Below the pieces are notes generated by a model, which did no database searches, had not been told where the DNA came from, and worked only from the letters and a program-made list of their open reading frames with translations. Shown one piece after another: positions 12,186 to 22,790 of a DNA stretch of 64,000 bases. The translations under genes and the position numbers were made by a program. Source of the stretch: an uncultured Chloroflexia bacterium (GTDB lineage Bacteria; Chloroflexota; Limnocylindria; Limnocylindrales; CSP1-4); contig CAVTHS010000005.1 of assembly GCA_963734535.1 (NCBI GenBank), forward strand, positions 1-64,000. Direction: 5' to 3'. Within the stretch, counting starts at the first letter, position 1. Each line of letters starts with the position of its first letter.

Positions 12186-14947
12186 CACGGGGTCCCTGCC
12201 GGTTCTGCGACCGGCGCGATCTCGCGCGATCCGGCGTCGTCGACGCCAGGGGCGCGTCCACGAACGTCGACACCGATGGTGCCGGCGTTGGCAGGGTGCG
12301 GCAGGCGATCGACCCGGGGCAGCGCAGCCCGCGCGGCCGCGGAATCTCGCATCGGCAGGGCCGTCCGCCGAATCCCGTCGAACGCGAAGAGCGCTCCGGC
12401 CACGGCGGCCGGGGTCGGCACCAGGACCGCTTCACCGGCGCCCTTGGCCCCGAAGGGACCCTCCGGCTGGGCCTCCTCCACGATGATCACCTCGACCGGG
12501 GGCATCGCCGACGCCGGCAGGATCCCCAGCGACTTGAGGGTCGTGGTAAGCGGAACCGAACCCTCGGTGACGAACGCCTCGCTCAGCGCCAGCCCGAGGC
12601 CCATGTGGACGCCGCCCTCGACCTGTCCCTCGAGGAGGGTCGGGTTCATCGCCCGGCCGACGTCCTGGGCGGCCACGACGCGCGCCAGGCGCCCCTCGTC
12701 GTCGAGGATCACGACCTGCGTCGCCCAGCCGTAGGCGAGGTGCGTCACCGGATTCTCGATCCCGGCGCCGATCGGGGTGGTCCAGTCGCAGACGAACTCG
12801 CCGGCGAACTCGCGGCCGGCGAGCTCCTTCGGCAGGCTGCCGGGTCCCATGGCGTCCAGCGCCGCGCGCAGCCGCCGCGCCGCGTCGGCGACCGCCTGGC
12901 CGCCGAGTGTCGTCGCCCGGGACGCGGTCGTCTCGCCCGTGTCGAGCTCCTGCTCCGTGTCGACCAGCACGTGGACCGCGGCGGGGTCCACGCCCACCAC
13001 CTCGGCCACGATCTGGGCAAAGACCGTGTGCACGCCCTGGCCCATCTCGGTCCACGAGTGCCAGAGTGTCAGCGTGCCATCGTCCTCCGGGCGAAGGATC
13101 GCCCGGCCGCGCTCGACCAACCCGTTGCCGATCCCAACGTTCTTGGCGCCGCAGGCGATCCCCGCGAAGCGCGCGCCGCGGTAGGCGTCGCGGACCGCGA
13201 GGAGCGTCTTCTCGAGGCCCACGCCGGGGCCGAGCAGCTGGCCGGTCCCGAACCGGTCGCCGACCCGGAGGGCGTTGCGCCAGCGGATCTCCCACGCGTC
13301 GATGCCGACGCGCTCGGCAAGCCGGTCGAGGAGCCCGTCCATGGCGAAGGTCACCTGCGGGACACCGAAGCCGCGGAAGGCGCCCGCCGGCGGGTTGTTC
13401 GTGTAGACGGTCCGGGCCTCGACGTCCACGTTCGGGACCCGGTAGGCGCCGCACGCGTGACCGGCGGCGCGCTCGAGGACCTTGGCCCCGACGCTGGCGT
13501 AGGCGCCGGTGTCGCCCACGATCCGCGCCCGCACGGCGAGGAGCCGGCCCTCCGCGTCGCAGCCAACCTCGTAGTCCAGGGTCAGCGCGTGGCGCTTCGG
13601 GTGGAGGCGAAGGCTCTCGGGTCGCGAGAGCGCGGTGAGAACCGGGCTCCCCGTCACGCGCGCCAGCAGCGCCGTCTGCCCCTGGACGGAGAGATCCTCC
13701 TTGCCTCCGAAGGCGCCGCCGGTCGCCACCTGGGTGACCCGGACCGCGGTCTCCGGGAGGCCGAGGAGCGCCGCGACCTGGCGCCGGTCGTCCCAGGCGC
13801 CCTGGCCCTGCGAGAAGAGCCGGAGCGCGGGCTCGTCCTGCACCCGGTCGCCGGCCGCCGGCGTGTCAGCGTCCCGGGAACCGGCGCCGGGCACCGCCAG
13901 GCATGCCTCCGGCTCGAGGAACGCGTGCTCCACGGCGCTGGTCGAGAAGCGGTCGCGGACGACGTGGGCCGCGGTCGCGAGCGCAGCCCCGGCGTCGCCG
14001 CGCCTGACCACGGACGTCTCGAGGAGGTTGCCGCCCACGTGCAGGGGCGGCGCCTCCGGCTCGAGCGCCGCGAACGGGTCGCTCACCGGGCTGAGCACCT
14101 CGTACTCGACCTCGATCAGGGTGGCCGCCGCTCGCGCCTCGCGCCTGGTTCGGGCGGCGACCGCGGCGAGGACGTCGCCCACGAAGCGGGTCGTCTCGCC
14201 TTCGGCCACGAAGACCGGCCAGTCGTGGGCGATCAGCCCGACGATCCGCTCGCCGGGCACGTCCGCGGCGGTGACGACCGCCACGACCCCCGGTGCGGCC
14301 GCGGCCCTGGACGTGTCGATCCGGAGGACGACGGCTCGCGGGTGGTCGGAGAATCGAAGCGCCCCGTGGAGCATCCCGGGAACGCGAAGGTCGTTCACGA
14401 ACGGCTGGTCGCCGAGCGCAAGCTCCCGCGCCCCGTGGCGCGGGGTGCGCGATCCGACTCCGCCACCGGCGTCGGCGGCGGGAGGCTGGACGCCCCGGCG
14501 CACGGCGGCGGCCCGCTCGACCGCGTCGATGACCTTGACGTAGCCGGTGCAGCGGCAGAGGTTCCCGGCCAGCGCGCGGGCGATCTCCTCGCGGGACGGT
14601 GCGCCATCGCGGTCGAGCAGCGCGTGGGCCTTCATGACGATGCCGGGCGAGCAGTAGCCGCACTGGGCCGCGCCGGTCGCCGCGAACGAATCCGCCCAGA
14701 CCGTCCGGGCCTCCGGCGACAGCCCTTCGAGCGTGGTGACATTCCGGCCGGCGACGCGGGATGCCGGCTGGGCGCACGACACGACCGCACGGCCGTCGAC
14801 GATCACGGTGCACGCGCCGCACGAGCCCTCGGGCGCGCAGCCGTCCTTCATCGAGCGAAGCCCGAGCCGCTCGCGGAGCACTTCGAGGAGGCTCTCGCCG
14901 GGCGCGGCGTCGACCGAGACCGGCGTGCCGTTGAGGACCAGCTCCAT
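12185..14947 (-). CDS. xdh: Fused [2Fe-2S]-molybdopterin hydroxylase resembling selenium-dependent xanthine dehydrogenase
   Basis: KDGCAPEGSCGAC, QCGYC, NLCRCTGY, EHAFLEPE, GGAFGGKED, AFRGFG, ACGAKNVGIGNG, HLAYGWATQVVILD and GAKGAGE; lies directly upstream of ssnA-ygfK. Confidence 0.85.
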   Translation of the reverse strand: MELVLNGTPVSVDAAPGESLLEVLRERLGLRSMKDGCAPEGSCGACTVIVDGRAVVSCAQPASRVAGRNVTTLEGLSPEARTVWADSFAATGAAQCGYCSPGIVMKAHALLDRDGAPSREEIARALAGNLCRCTGYVKVIDAVERAAAVRRGVQPPAADAGGGVGSRTPRHGARELALGDQPFVNDLRVPGMLHGALRFSDHPRAVVLRIDTSRAAAAPGVVAVVTAADVPGERIVGLIAHDWPVFVAEGETTRFVGDVLAAVAARTRREARAAATLIEVEYEVLSPVSDPFAALEPEAPPLHVGGNLLETSVVRRGDAGAALATAAHVVRDRFSTSAVEHAFLEPEACLAVPGAGSRDADTPAAGDRVQDEPALRLFSQGQGAWDDRRQVAALLGLPETAVRVTQVATGGAFGGKEDLSVQGQTALLARVTGSPVLTALSRPESLRLHPKRHALTLDYEVGCDAEGRLLAVRARIVGDTGAYASVGAKVLERAAGHACGAYRVPNVDVEARTVYTNNPPAGAFRGFGVPQVTFAMDGLLDRLAERVGIDAWEIRWRNALRVGDRFGTGQLLGPGVGLEKTLLAVRDAYRGARFAGIACGAKNVGIGNGLVERGRAILRPEDDGTLTLWHSWTEMGQGVHTVFAQIVAEVVGVDPAAVHVLVDTEQELDTGETTASRATTLGGQAVADAARRLRAALDAMGPGSLPKELAGREFAGEFVCDWTTPIGAGIENPVTHLAYGWATQVVILDDEGRLARVVAAQDVGRAMNPTLLEGQVEGGVHMGLGLALSEAFVTEGSVPLTTTLKSLGILPASAMPPVEVIIVEEAQPEGPFGAKGAGEAVLVPTPAAVAGALFAFDGIRRTALPMRDSAAARAALPRVDRLPHPANAGTIGVDVRGRAPGVDDAGSREIAPVAEPAGTP

Positions 14948-14958
14948 CGGGCGTTCTC

Positions 14959-16338
14959 CTATGCCGGCAGGAGCCGGCCCCGAACCCAGGCGCCGCGGAC
15001 CATCTGCGGGTGGGTTCGGAATATCAGGCGGCTCACGATCTCAGCGGGCTCGTCGGCAGCCGCTGCCCCGGGAATCGGCTCCGTGAGCGACGCGTCGATC
15101 GCGATCATGTCCGCTTCCTTGCCCGGCTCGAGCGAGCCGATCGTATCCCCGAGGCCGAGCGCCACGGCACCGCCAAGCGTTCCCAGGCGCAACCACCCGA
15201 GTGGATCGAGGGCCGGCCGTGGATCGCCGGCGACCGCCTGGAGGGCGTGCTGAGCATACGCCCCGACGCGCATCACCTCGAAGATCGATGGGTCGGGCCC
15301 GCCGGAGACGTCGGAGCCGAGCCCGACCGGGATCCCCGCCTCCAGGTAGCGGGCGAGGGGCATGATCCCGCTCGGCAGGAAGAGGTTGGAGGCCGGGCAG
15401 TGGGCGACGCCGGCCCCGCTCTCGGCGAGCCGCCGGATCTCGCGCTCGGAGAGATGGATGGCGTGCGCCAGGAGCGCACGCGGCCCGCCCGGGCCGAGGG
15501 CGCCGGCCCGGTCGTAGACGTCCAGGTAGTCGCGCGCCTCCGGGAATGCCGCACGAACGGCGTCCAGCTCGCCCGGATCCTCCGAGAGGTGCGTCTGCCA
15601 GAGGGACCCGGACTCGGCGGCGAGGCGCGCGGACTCCCGAAGCATCTCGGACGAGCAGCTCGGCGCGAACCGTGGCGTGAATGCGTGGTGCAGCCGTCCA
15701 TCGTCCCGGCCATTCCAGCGAGCGGAGAGCGCGGCGGATGCCCGGATGCCTGCGTTGTCGTCCGGGCCCGACGCGGCGCCGCGGGCGACACCGACTGCCC
15801 GATCCATCAGGACGAGCCCGATCACGGCCCGGATGCCGTGGGTCTCCGCCGATTGGAGCAGCACATCGGTGGCGTCGGGGTCGTCGGACGCATAGGCGAC
15901 GACCGTCGTCGTGCCCGCGGCGGCGAACGCGCGCATCGCAAGCGGACCGAGGCGTCCGGCCGCGGCCGCGTCGAAACGGCGCTCGAGCGGGAACGTGTAT
16001 CGCTCGAGCCAGGTCAGCAGGTCCAGCCCCGCACCGAGCCCCGCGTTCGGCAGCTGGGGGATGTGCGTGTGGAGGTCGACAAGCCCCGGCATGACGAGCC
16101 ACGGCCGGACGTCATGGACGGGGATGCCCGCCATGGGGTTGGCGGCCTGCACGCCGGCGCCGGGCGCAGGCTCCCCATCTCCGGCGCCTGCCTCAGGCCA
16201 CGCTTCGACGCGGGAGATCCGGCCGCGCGCGTCGACGTCGACCGCGCCGTCGGCGAGGTATCGTGTTGCGCCGGTCGCAAGCGGGGTCAGGATCCGCGCG
16301 CGCAGCCGGAACGGCGGGGCGAACGGCAGCGACGTCAT
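14959..16338 (-). CDS. guaD: Guanine deaminase
   Basis: PGLVDLHTHIPQ, DLLTWLERYTFPLE, TPRFAPSCS, QTHLSE, HCPASNLFL, GLGSDVSGG. Confidence 0.88.
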   Translation of the reverse strand: MTSLPFAPPFRLRARILTPLATGATRYLADGAVDVDARGRISRVEAWPEAGAGDGEPAPGAGVQAANPMAGIPVHDVRPWLVMPGLVDLHTHIPQLPNAGLGAGLDLLTWLERYTFPLERRFDAAAAGRLGPLAMRAFAAAGTTTVVAYASDDPDATDVLLQSAETHGIRAVIGLVLMDRAVGVARGAASGPDDNAGIRASAALSARWNGRDDGRLHHAFTPRFAPSCSSEMLRESARLAAESGSLWQTHLSEDPGELDAVRAAFPEARDYLDVYDRAGALGPGGPRALLAHAIHLSEREIRRLAESGAGVAHCPASNLFLPSGIMPLARYLEAGIPVGLGSDVSGGPDPSIFEVMRVGAYAQHALQAVAGDPRPALDPLGWLRLGTLGGAVALGLGDTIGSLEPGKEADMIAIDASLTEPIPGAAAADEPAEIVSRLIFRTHPQMVRGAWVRGRLLPA

Positions 16339-16420
16339 CGCGACATCTATCCTCGTCGTGCGAGCGGATCCCGGTTACCGTCTCGAGAGACCACCAGCCC
16401 GCGGGCTGCTCCCTGTCCCG

Positions 16421-16468
16421 AATCTAGCGAGCGCTGCGAAGACCCTGCCCGTGCCCTTCGGCACGTTC
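16421..16468 (-). promoter_or_regulatory. Palindrome A (GTGCC-GAAG-GGCAC) plus -10 TAGATT, upstream of the guaD-xdh-ssnA-ygfK operon
   Basis: Minus strand AACGTGCCGAAGGGCAC differs at one base from the copy at 31218-31234. TAGATT starts 31.5 bp from the palindrome centre, the same spacing as in the other copies. Confidence 0.6.
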
Positions 16469-16547
16469 CTGCGCCGTCCCGGGTCCCGATCGGGGTTGGG
16501 ATCAAGATGCTCCCGACCGCCGACATCACTGAATCGAGGAACCTCAG

Positions 16548-17486
16548 TTGAGCAAGATCGCGGTCGTTGCCGTGGGCGGCAACTCACTGATCAAGGATGC
16601 GCACCACCAGGAGATCGCGGACCAGTACGCGGCCGCCGTCGAGTCGAGCAGGCACGTCGTGGGCATGATCGAGCAGGGCTGGGACGTGCTCCTGACCCAC
16701 GGGAACGGCCCGCAGGTCGGGTTCATCCTGCGCCGCTCCGAGCTGTCGCGGGCGGAGCTGCATCCCGTGCCGCTCGACTACTGCGGGGCGGACACGCAGG
16801 GCGCGATCGGGTACATGTTCCAGCGCGCGCTGGGCAACGAGTTCCGGCTGCGCGGCATGGACAAGCACGCCGCCACGATCATCACCCAGACGCTGGTCGA
16901 CAAGGATGACCCCGCCTTCACGCATCCGAGCAAGCCGATCGGCTCCTTCATGGATCAGCCCACGGCCCGCGCGCACCAGGAGGAGGACGGGTGGAGCGTC
17001 GTGGAGGACGCCGGGCGCGGCTGGCGGCGCGTCGTGCCGTCGCCCCTCCCCGTCAAGATCGTCGAGTTCGACGCGATCGTCGCCCTCATCCACGCCGGGT
17101 TCACCGTGGTCGCATCCGGCGGGGGCGGAATCCCCGTCATCGAGCAGGCCGGCGATCTCGTCGGCATCGAAGCGGTGATCGACAAGGACTACGCCGCCTC
17201 CACCCTCGCCAGGGACCTGAAGGCCGACCTCTTCGTGATCACGACCCAGGTCGACAAGGTGGCCCTGAACTTCGGCAAGCCGGACCAGCAGCTGCTGGAC
17301 ACGCTGACGCTCGCCGAAGCGAAGGAATACCACGCGCAGGGTCACTTCCTGGCGGGCTCGATGGGGCCCAAGATCCAGGCGATCATCTGGTACCTCGAGG
17401 GGGGCGGCAAGGAAGCGCTCATCACGAGCCCGGAGAACATCGAGCGCGGGCTGCGCGGCGAGACCGGGACCAGGTTCGTCCAGTAG
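16548..17486 (+). CDS. arcC: Carbamate kinase
   Basis: VAVGGNSL, THGNGPQVG, ADTQGAIGY, PSKPIG, EDAGRGWRRVVPSP, GGGGIPV, EAVIDKD, GSMGPK. Confidence 0.95.
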   Translation: MSKIAVVAVGGNSLIKDAHHQEIADQYAAAVESSRHVVGMIEQGWDVLLTHGNGPQVGFILRRSELSRAELHPVPLDYCGADTQGAIGYMFQRALGNEFRLRGMDKHAATIITQTLVDKDDPAFTHPSKPIGSFMDQPTARAHQEEDGWSVVEDAGRGWRRVVPSPLPVKIVEFDAIVALIHAGFTVVASGGGGIPVIEQAGDLVGIEAVIDKDYAASTLARDLKADLFVITTQVDKVALNFGKPDQQLLDTLTLAEAKEYHAQGHFLAGSMGPKIQAIIWYLEGGGKEALITSPENIERGLRGETGTRFVQ

Positions 17487-17569
17487 CCCGCGACCTGTGG
17501 TTGGTTGCGACGCAACGGGTCGCGTGCCCCGGCCAGCGGGCCGCTGACGGCGATGGAGGGCGCGAGCGC

Positions 17570-18943
17570 ATGAGCCGGCTCCTCGTCTCCGGCTGTGACG
17601 TCGTCGTCACGATGGACGACGCCGGGACCGAGCTGTCCGGGGGGTCGATCCTGGTCGAGGACGGCGTCATCCGCTGGGTCGGGGCGGGCGGCCCGCCGGC
17701 AGCGCTCGCGGCCGGCGCCGACGTCCTCGACGGCCGGGGGTGCGTGGCGATCCCCGGCCTGGTCAACGCCCACCACCACCTCTACCAGGTCCTGACCAGG
17801 GTTCGCGCCCAGCAGGCTGGCCTCTTCGGCTGGCTCACCGAGCTCTACCCGGTGTGGGCCGGCCTCGACGCCGAATGGGTTCGCGTGGCCGCTGCGGCCG
17901 GGCTCGCTGAGCTGGCCCGTTCGGGCTGCTCGACCTCGACCGACCACCCCTACATCTTCCCGGCGGGAGCGGGCGACCTCCTGGCGGCCGAGATCGAGGC
18001 CGCGAGGGAGATCGGCCTGCGCTTCCATCCCTGTCGCGGCTCGATGGACCTGGGAGCGTCGAGCGGCGGCCTCCCCCCGGACGCGGTGGTGGAGGACACC
18101 GAGTCCGCGCTTGAAGAGACCGAGCGAGCGGTCCGCCGGTTCCATGACCCCGCTGCCGGATCCATGCTCCGCGTGGCGATCGCGCCGTGCTCGCCGTTCT
18201 CGGCCAGCGAGCGGCTGATGAGAGAGTCGGCGCTGCTGGCCCGCCGGCTCGGGGTCCGACTGCACACCCACGTCGCCGAGACCGCGGACGAAGCGGCGTT
18301 CTGCCAGGAACGTTTCGGGTGCCGCCCGATCGAGCTCCTCGACCGCCTCGGCTTCCTCGGGGAGGACGTGTGGCTCGCTCACGGGGTGCACCTGTCGAGC
18401 GAGGACATCGGCCGGCTGCGTACGACGGGCACCGGCATCGCGCACTGTCCCACCTCGAACATGCGGCTGGGATCCGGCACGGCCCCGGTCCGGGAGCTCC
18501 TCGATGCCGGCGTGCGGGTCGGCCTTGGCGTCGACGGCTCCGCGTCCAACGACGGGGGCCACCTGCTCGGGGAGGTGCGGCAGGCTCTTCTCGTTGCGCG
18601 CGGCCGCGGCGGGCCCGGCGCGATGGGGGCGCGCGAGGCCCTGCGGCTCGGCACCCGCGGCGGCGCCGCGTGCCTGGGTCGCGATGACGTGGGCTCGATC
18701 GAGCCCGGGAAGCGGGGCGACGTGGCACTCTTCGACGTGACCGGCCTGGCAACGGCAGGGGTCGAGGCGGACCCCGTCGCGGGGGTCGTCCTCGCCTGGC
18801 CGCAGCCCGTGCGCCACCTCCTGGTGGAAGGCAGGTTCGTCGTGCGGGAGTGGACCCTAGCAACCGCGGACGAAGCGGCGCTCGCCGCGGAAGCCCACCG
18901 TGTTGCCCGACGGATCGCGGCGCGAACGGGCGGAGCACGGTGA
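17570..18943 (+). CDS. 8-oxoguanine deaminase family amidohydrolase
   Basis: PGLVNAHHHLYQVLTR, LFGWLTELYPVW, RGSMDLG...GGLPPD, IAPCSPFS, HTHVAET, GVDGSASND. Confidence 0.87.
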   Translation: MSRLLVSGCDVVVTMDDAGTELSGGSILVEDGVIRWVGAGGPPAALAAGADVLDGRGCVAIPGLVNAHHHLYQVLTRVRAQQAGLFGWLTELYPVWAGLDAEWVRVAAAAGLAELARSGCSTSTDHPYIFPAGAGDLLAAEIEAAREIGLRFHPCRGSMDLGASSGGLPPDAVVEDTESALEETERAVRRFHDPAAGSMLRVAIAPCSPFSASERLMRESALLARRLGVRLHTHVAETADEAAFCQERFGCRPIELLDRLGFLGEDVWLAHGVHLSSEDIGRLRTTGTGIAHCPTSNMRLGSGTAPVRELLDAGVRVGLGVDGSASNDGGHLLGEVRQALLVARGRGGPGAMGAREALRLGTRGGAACLGRDDVGSIEPGKRGDVALFDVTGLATAGVEADPVAGVVLAWPQPVRHLLVEGRFVVREWTLATADEAALAAEAHRVARRIAARTGGAR

Positions 18944-18983
18944 CGAACGGGATGACGACCGGGACCCGGCGCCGGCCAGGCCA

Positions 18984-19064
18984 CAACAGGCCGAATGGCA
19001 CTTCGGACGGTGCGTCGGCCTGTGGCACAGTCCAAACGCATGGATGTCAGACGACTAGCGTCTG
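18984..19064 (+). promoter_or_regulatory. Composite ~85-bp regulatory element, copy 1 (upstream of the aminotransferase-transketolase-PLP operon)
   Basis: CAACAGGCCGAATGGCAC...TGTGGCACAGT...GGATGTCAGACGACTAGCGTCTG aligns with 30809-30894(-) and 31217-31300(+). Confidence 0.8.
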
Positions 19065-19135
19065 AGCCGGGAGCGGACCGGAGCCGTGCCGCGCACGCGG
19101 TCCCGGCAAACCTGAACCCCCTGGAGGCGTCAGAG

Positions 19136-20311
19136 ATGCGACTCGCGAGTCGGATGGACCGGATCGGGACGGAGACCGCGTTCGAGGCGGCCGCCCGTGC
19201 CCGCGCCCTCGAGGCCACAGGCGTCGACGTCGTGCATCTCGAGGTCGGTGAGCCCGATTTCGACACGCCCGCCAACATCCGGGCGGCGGCCAAGCGTGCG
19301 CTCGATGAGGGCAAGACCCATTACGCGCCCTTTGCCGGAATCCCCGAGCTGCGTGCCGCGATCGCCGACGACGCGACCGCGCGCAAGGGGTTCCCGGTCT
19401 CGCCCGACCAGGTCTTCGTGACGGTCGGCGGCAAGGGCGTGATGCTCTACGCGATCGAGGCCCTCGTCGACGACGGCGACGAGGTCATCGTGCCCGATCC
19501 GGGCTACCCGATCTACGAATCCCTGGTGAGCTGGATCGGCGGCTCGGCGATCCCGATCCCGATCCGCCAGGCAAACGGCTTCCGTCTCGACTCCGACGAG
19601 CTGGCCTCGCTCGTCACGCCGCGCACCCGGATGATCGTCCTGAACTCCCCGGCGAACCCCTCCGGCGGCGTGCTCACGCGGGCGGACCTCGAATCGATCG
19701 CCGAGCTCGCGCTGGCCAATGACCTGATCGTCCTCGCGGACGAGATCTACGGCCGCATCCTCTACGAGGGCGAGCACGTCTCGATCGCGAGCCTGCCGGG
19801 CATGGCCGAGCGGACGGTGGTCCTCGACGGGTTCTCGAAGACCTACGCGATGACCGGCTGGCGCCTGGGCTACGCGATCGTGCCGGACTGGCTCTCCTTT
19901 GCGTTCGGGCGGCTGATCATCAACTCGGTCAGCAACGTCTGCTCGTTCGCGCAGCATGGCGCGGTCGAGGCGCTCCGCGGCCCGCAGGACGAGGTCGACA
20001 AGATGGTCGCCGAGTTCCACGCCCGGCGGGACCTGGTCGTGGACGGGCTCAACGCGATCCCGGGCATCAGCTGCCTGCGTCCCTCGGGCGCCTTCTACGT
20101 CCTCCCCCAGGTGTCCGGCACGGGCCTCACCGGGACCGAGCTGTCCACCCGGCTGCTCTACGAGGCCGGGGTCTCGACGCTGGCGGGGACGGCATTCGGC
20201 GGCGTGGCCACGGACCACATCCGGCTCAGCTATGCGACCTCGCAGGCGAACATCCGCACGGCGCTCGACCGGATCGGGCAGTTCGTCGGCACGCTGGCGG
20301 TGTCAGCGTAG
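19136..20311 (+). CDS. PLP-dependent class I/II aminotransferase
   Basis: GEPDFDTP, NSPANPSG, ADEIY, DGFSKTYAMTGWRLGY; GGAGG RBS upstream. Confidence 0.93.
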   Translation: MRLASRMDRIGTETAFEAAARARALEATGVDVVHLEVGEPDFDTPANIRAAAKRALDEGKTHYAPFAGIPELRAAIADDATARKGFPVSPDQVFVTVGGKGVMLYAIEALVDDGDEVIVPDPGYPIYESLVSWIGGSAIPIPIRQANGFRLDSDELASLVTPRTRMIVLNSPANPSGGVLTRADLESIAELALANDLIVLADEIYGRILYEGEHVSIASLPGMAERTVVLDGFSKTYAMTGWRLGYAIVPDWLSFAFGRLIINSVSNVCSFAQHGAVEALRGPQDEVDKMVAEFHARRDLVVDGLNAIPGISCLRPSGAFYVLPQVSGTGLTGTELSTRLLYEAGVSTLAGTAFGGVATDHIRLSYATSQANIRTALDRIGQFVGTLAVSA

Positions 20312-20340
20312 CGACCGGAAGCAACGAAGGCGGCAGAGGG

Positions 20341-22728
20341 ATGGCATCCGTGACCGACACTGGCGGGCTGACGCGGGTCGACGACCTGTATGCGGAGGCC
20401 GAGCGCCAATTCGCGGACTGGGAGGTCGTGACGGACCTGGTCGACGAGATGATCGACCTGACCCTGAACTACCGACAGTCGGGCCATCCCGGCGGCAGCC
20501 GCTCCAAGGTGCACGTCTTCCTGGCGCTGCTCCTGTCGGGCGCCATGCGCTGGGACATCCGCCGGCCATGGCTCCCCTTCGCCGACCGGTTCATCCTGTC
20601 GGCCGGGCATACCGTGCCGCTGGTCTATGCCACCCTGGCGATCCTCAATGAGACGCTCCGGGCGCGCCGCGAGTGGACCAGCGACTCCAGGTTCGGTTTC
20701 CCCGACGAGGGCCGGTGGGCGCTCACGTGGGAGGACCTGCCCCGCCTGCGGCACCGCGGCGGCTTGCCGGGGCACCCGGAGATGGAGGGCAAGACCCTCT
20801 TCCTCAAGTTCAACACCGGCCCGTCCGGCCACGGCATGCCGCCCGCCGCGGGCGAGGCACTGGCCCTCAAGCTCGCCGGCTGCGAGGACGTGCGCGTCTT
20901 TGCGCTCGAGGGCGAAGGCGGCCTGACGCCGGGCGCCAGCCACGAGACGCGCAACGCGGCGTGGGGCCTCGGGCTCTCGAACCTTGTCTTCCTCGTCGAC
21001 TGGAACGATTTCGGGATCGACGAGTTCCGCGCCTCCTCGGTGGTGCCGGGAACACCGGAGACCTGGTTCGCCGCGTACGACTGGCGGGTCAGCGGCACGC
21101 CCGACGGCATGGCCTGGGCGCCCGTGACGCGCGCGGTGCTCGAGGCAGCCCGAGGCGAGAACCCCGGCAAGCGCCCGTCGGTGGCCTGGTTCAAGACCCG
21201 CAAGGGCCGCGGCTACGGCAAGTACGACGCGAAGAGCCACGGCACGCCCCACCCGATGAACGCCCCGGAGTTCTGGGCCGTGCGCCACGCGTTCATGGCG
21301 AAGTACGGCGTCGAGTACGAGGGCGTGGACGAGCCGGCGCCCTCGGACGCGGGCGAGCTCGTCCGCCAGGCCGAGACCAACCTGGGCATCGTGGCGGCTG
21401 TCCTGCGCGACCGGCGCGATGTCGTCGAGTCCGTCTCGGACCGTCTCCTCGAGCTCGCGGGCCGGGTGCCCGAGCGCGTGCCCTCGTTCAACCTCGGCGG
21501 CGTCGGGAAGGGCCTTTTCGAGGACCGCCGCCTCTACGACTTCCGCGCGTATCCGCCGCAGATCTGGAAGCAGCCCGGCGAGAAGGCGCCCAACCGTGCC
21601 GCCCTCGGCGCCTGGGGCGCCTGGGTCAACTCGTTCGCCAAGGCCGAGTACGGGCGGCCCCTCTTCATCGCCGCGTCCGCCGACCTCGCCGAGTCCACCA
21701 ACCTCGCCGGGTTCGGCAAGGGCTTCGGCGACCTCGAGGGCTGGGGCTGGTACGAACGCGACACCAACCCGCGGGGCGCGCTCCTGCCGACCGAGATCAC
21801 CGAGTTCACCAACGCCGGCATGATGGTCGGCCTGGCCACGGTCAACTTCGCCGATGACCCGTTCGCCGCCTTCAACGGCTTCTGGGGCGCCTGCTCGACC
21901 TATGGCTCGTTCAGCTACCTCAAGTACGGACCCATGCGGCTGTTCAGCCAGCTGGCCCAGGACACCCAGCTCAAGGTGGGCAAGGTGCTCTGGGTGGCGG
22001 GCCACTCCGGCCCCGAGACCGCCGAGGACTCGCGCACCCATTTCGGGGTCTTCGAGACCGGCGTGACACAGCTCTTCCCCGAAGGCCACGTGATCGACCT
22101 CCACCCCTGGGAGTACAACGAGGTCCCGGTGGTGCTGGGCGCGGCGCTCGCCCAGGCGGCGCCCATCGTTGCGCTCCACCTGACGCGCCCGCCGATCGAG
22201 CTGCCCGACCGCGACGCGCTCGGCATCCCGTCCCATTTCGAGGCGGCCCGCGGCGCGTATGTCCTGCGCGACTTCCGGCCGGGACAGCCCGCCATGGGCA
22301 CCGTCTTCGTGCAGGGCACCACGAGCACCGCCAACATCGTGAAGCTCCTCCCCGACCTGGACCGGGAGCGCCTCAACGTCAAGGTCGTGGCCGCCATCAG
22401 CCCGCAGCTGTTCCGCCTGCAGCCGGCCGACTACCAGGCCCGGACGGTCACGCCGGCGGACCGGATCGACGGGATGTCGATCACCAACCGTGCCGCCCGC
22501 CTGATGCACGACTGGGCCGACGGCCCCCTGGCCCTCGAGTACTCGATGGGCTCGGACTGGGACGACCGCTGGCGGACCGGCGGCACGCTCGACGAGGTCA
22601 TGGACGAGGCGCACCTCACGCCCCCGTACCTGCTCGCAGGGATCGAGCGCTTCGTGCGGGAGCGCGAGTCGCGCCTGCGGCGCGTGCGCGAGGCGCTCGA
22701 GGCGGCGGAGTCACGCGGGCCGGGTTGA
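20341..22728 (+). CDS. Divergent transketolase-like ThDP enzyme
   Basis: [30 protein letters not shown], ThDP motif variant GEG...[12 protein letters not shown]...EDSRTH. Confidence 0.8.
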   Translation: MASVTDTGGLTRVDDLYAEAERQFADWEVVTDLVDEMIDLTLNYRQSGHPGGSRSKVHVFLALLLSGAMRWDIRRPWLPFADRFILSAGHTVPLVYATLAILNETLRARREWTSDSRFGFPDEGRWALTWEDLPRLRHRGGLPGHPEMEGKTLFLKFNTGPSGHGMPPAAGEALALKLAGCEDVRVFALEGEGGLTPGASHETRNAAWGLGLSNLVFLVDWNDFGIDEFRASSVVPGTPETWFAAYDWRVSGTPDGMAWAPVTRAVLEAARGENPGKRPSVAWFKTRKGRGYGKYDAKSHGTPHPMNAPEFWAVRHAFMAKYGVEYEGVDEPAPSDAGELVRQAETNLGIVAAVLRDRRDVVESVSDRLLELAGRVPERVPSFNLGGVGKGLFEDRRLYDFRAYPPQIWKQPGEKAPNRAALGAWGAWVNSFAKAEYGRPLFIAASADLAESTNLAGFGKGFGDLEGWGWYERDTNPRGALLPTEITEFTNAGMMVGLATVNFADDPFAAFNGFWGACSTYGSFSYLKYGPMRLFSQLAQDTQLKVGKVLWVAGHSGPETAEDSRTHFGVFETGVTQLFPEGHVIDLHPWEYNEVPVVLGAALAQAAPIVALHLTRPPIELPDRDALGIPSHFEAARGAYVLRDFRPGQPAMGTVFVQGTTSTANIVKLLPDLDRERLNVKVVAAISPQLFRLQPADYQARTVTPADRIDGMSITNRAARLMHDWADGPLALEYSMGSDWDDRWRTGGTLDEVMDEAHLTPPYLLAGIERFVRERESRLRRVREALEAAESRGPG

Positions 22729-22790
22729 CCTCGGACCCGCTCATGGCCATTACCCACATCCAGCAGCCAGAACGTCCGGAGGAGCACCCC

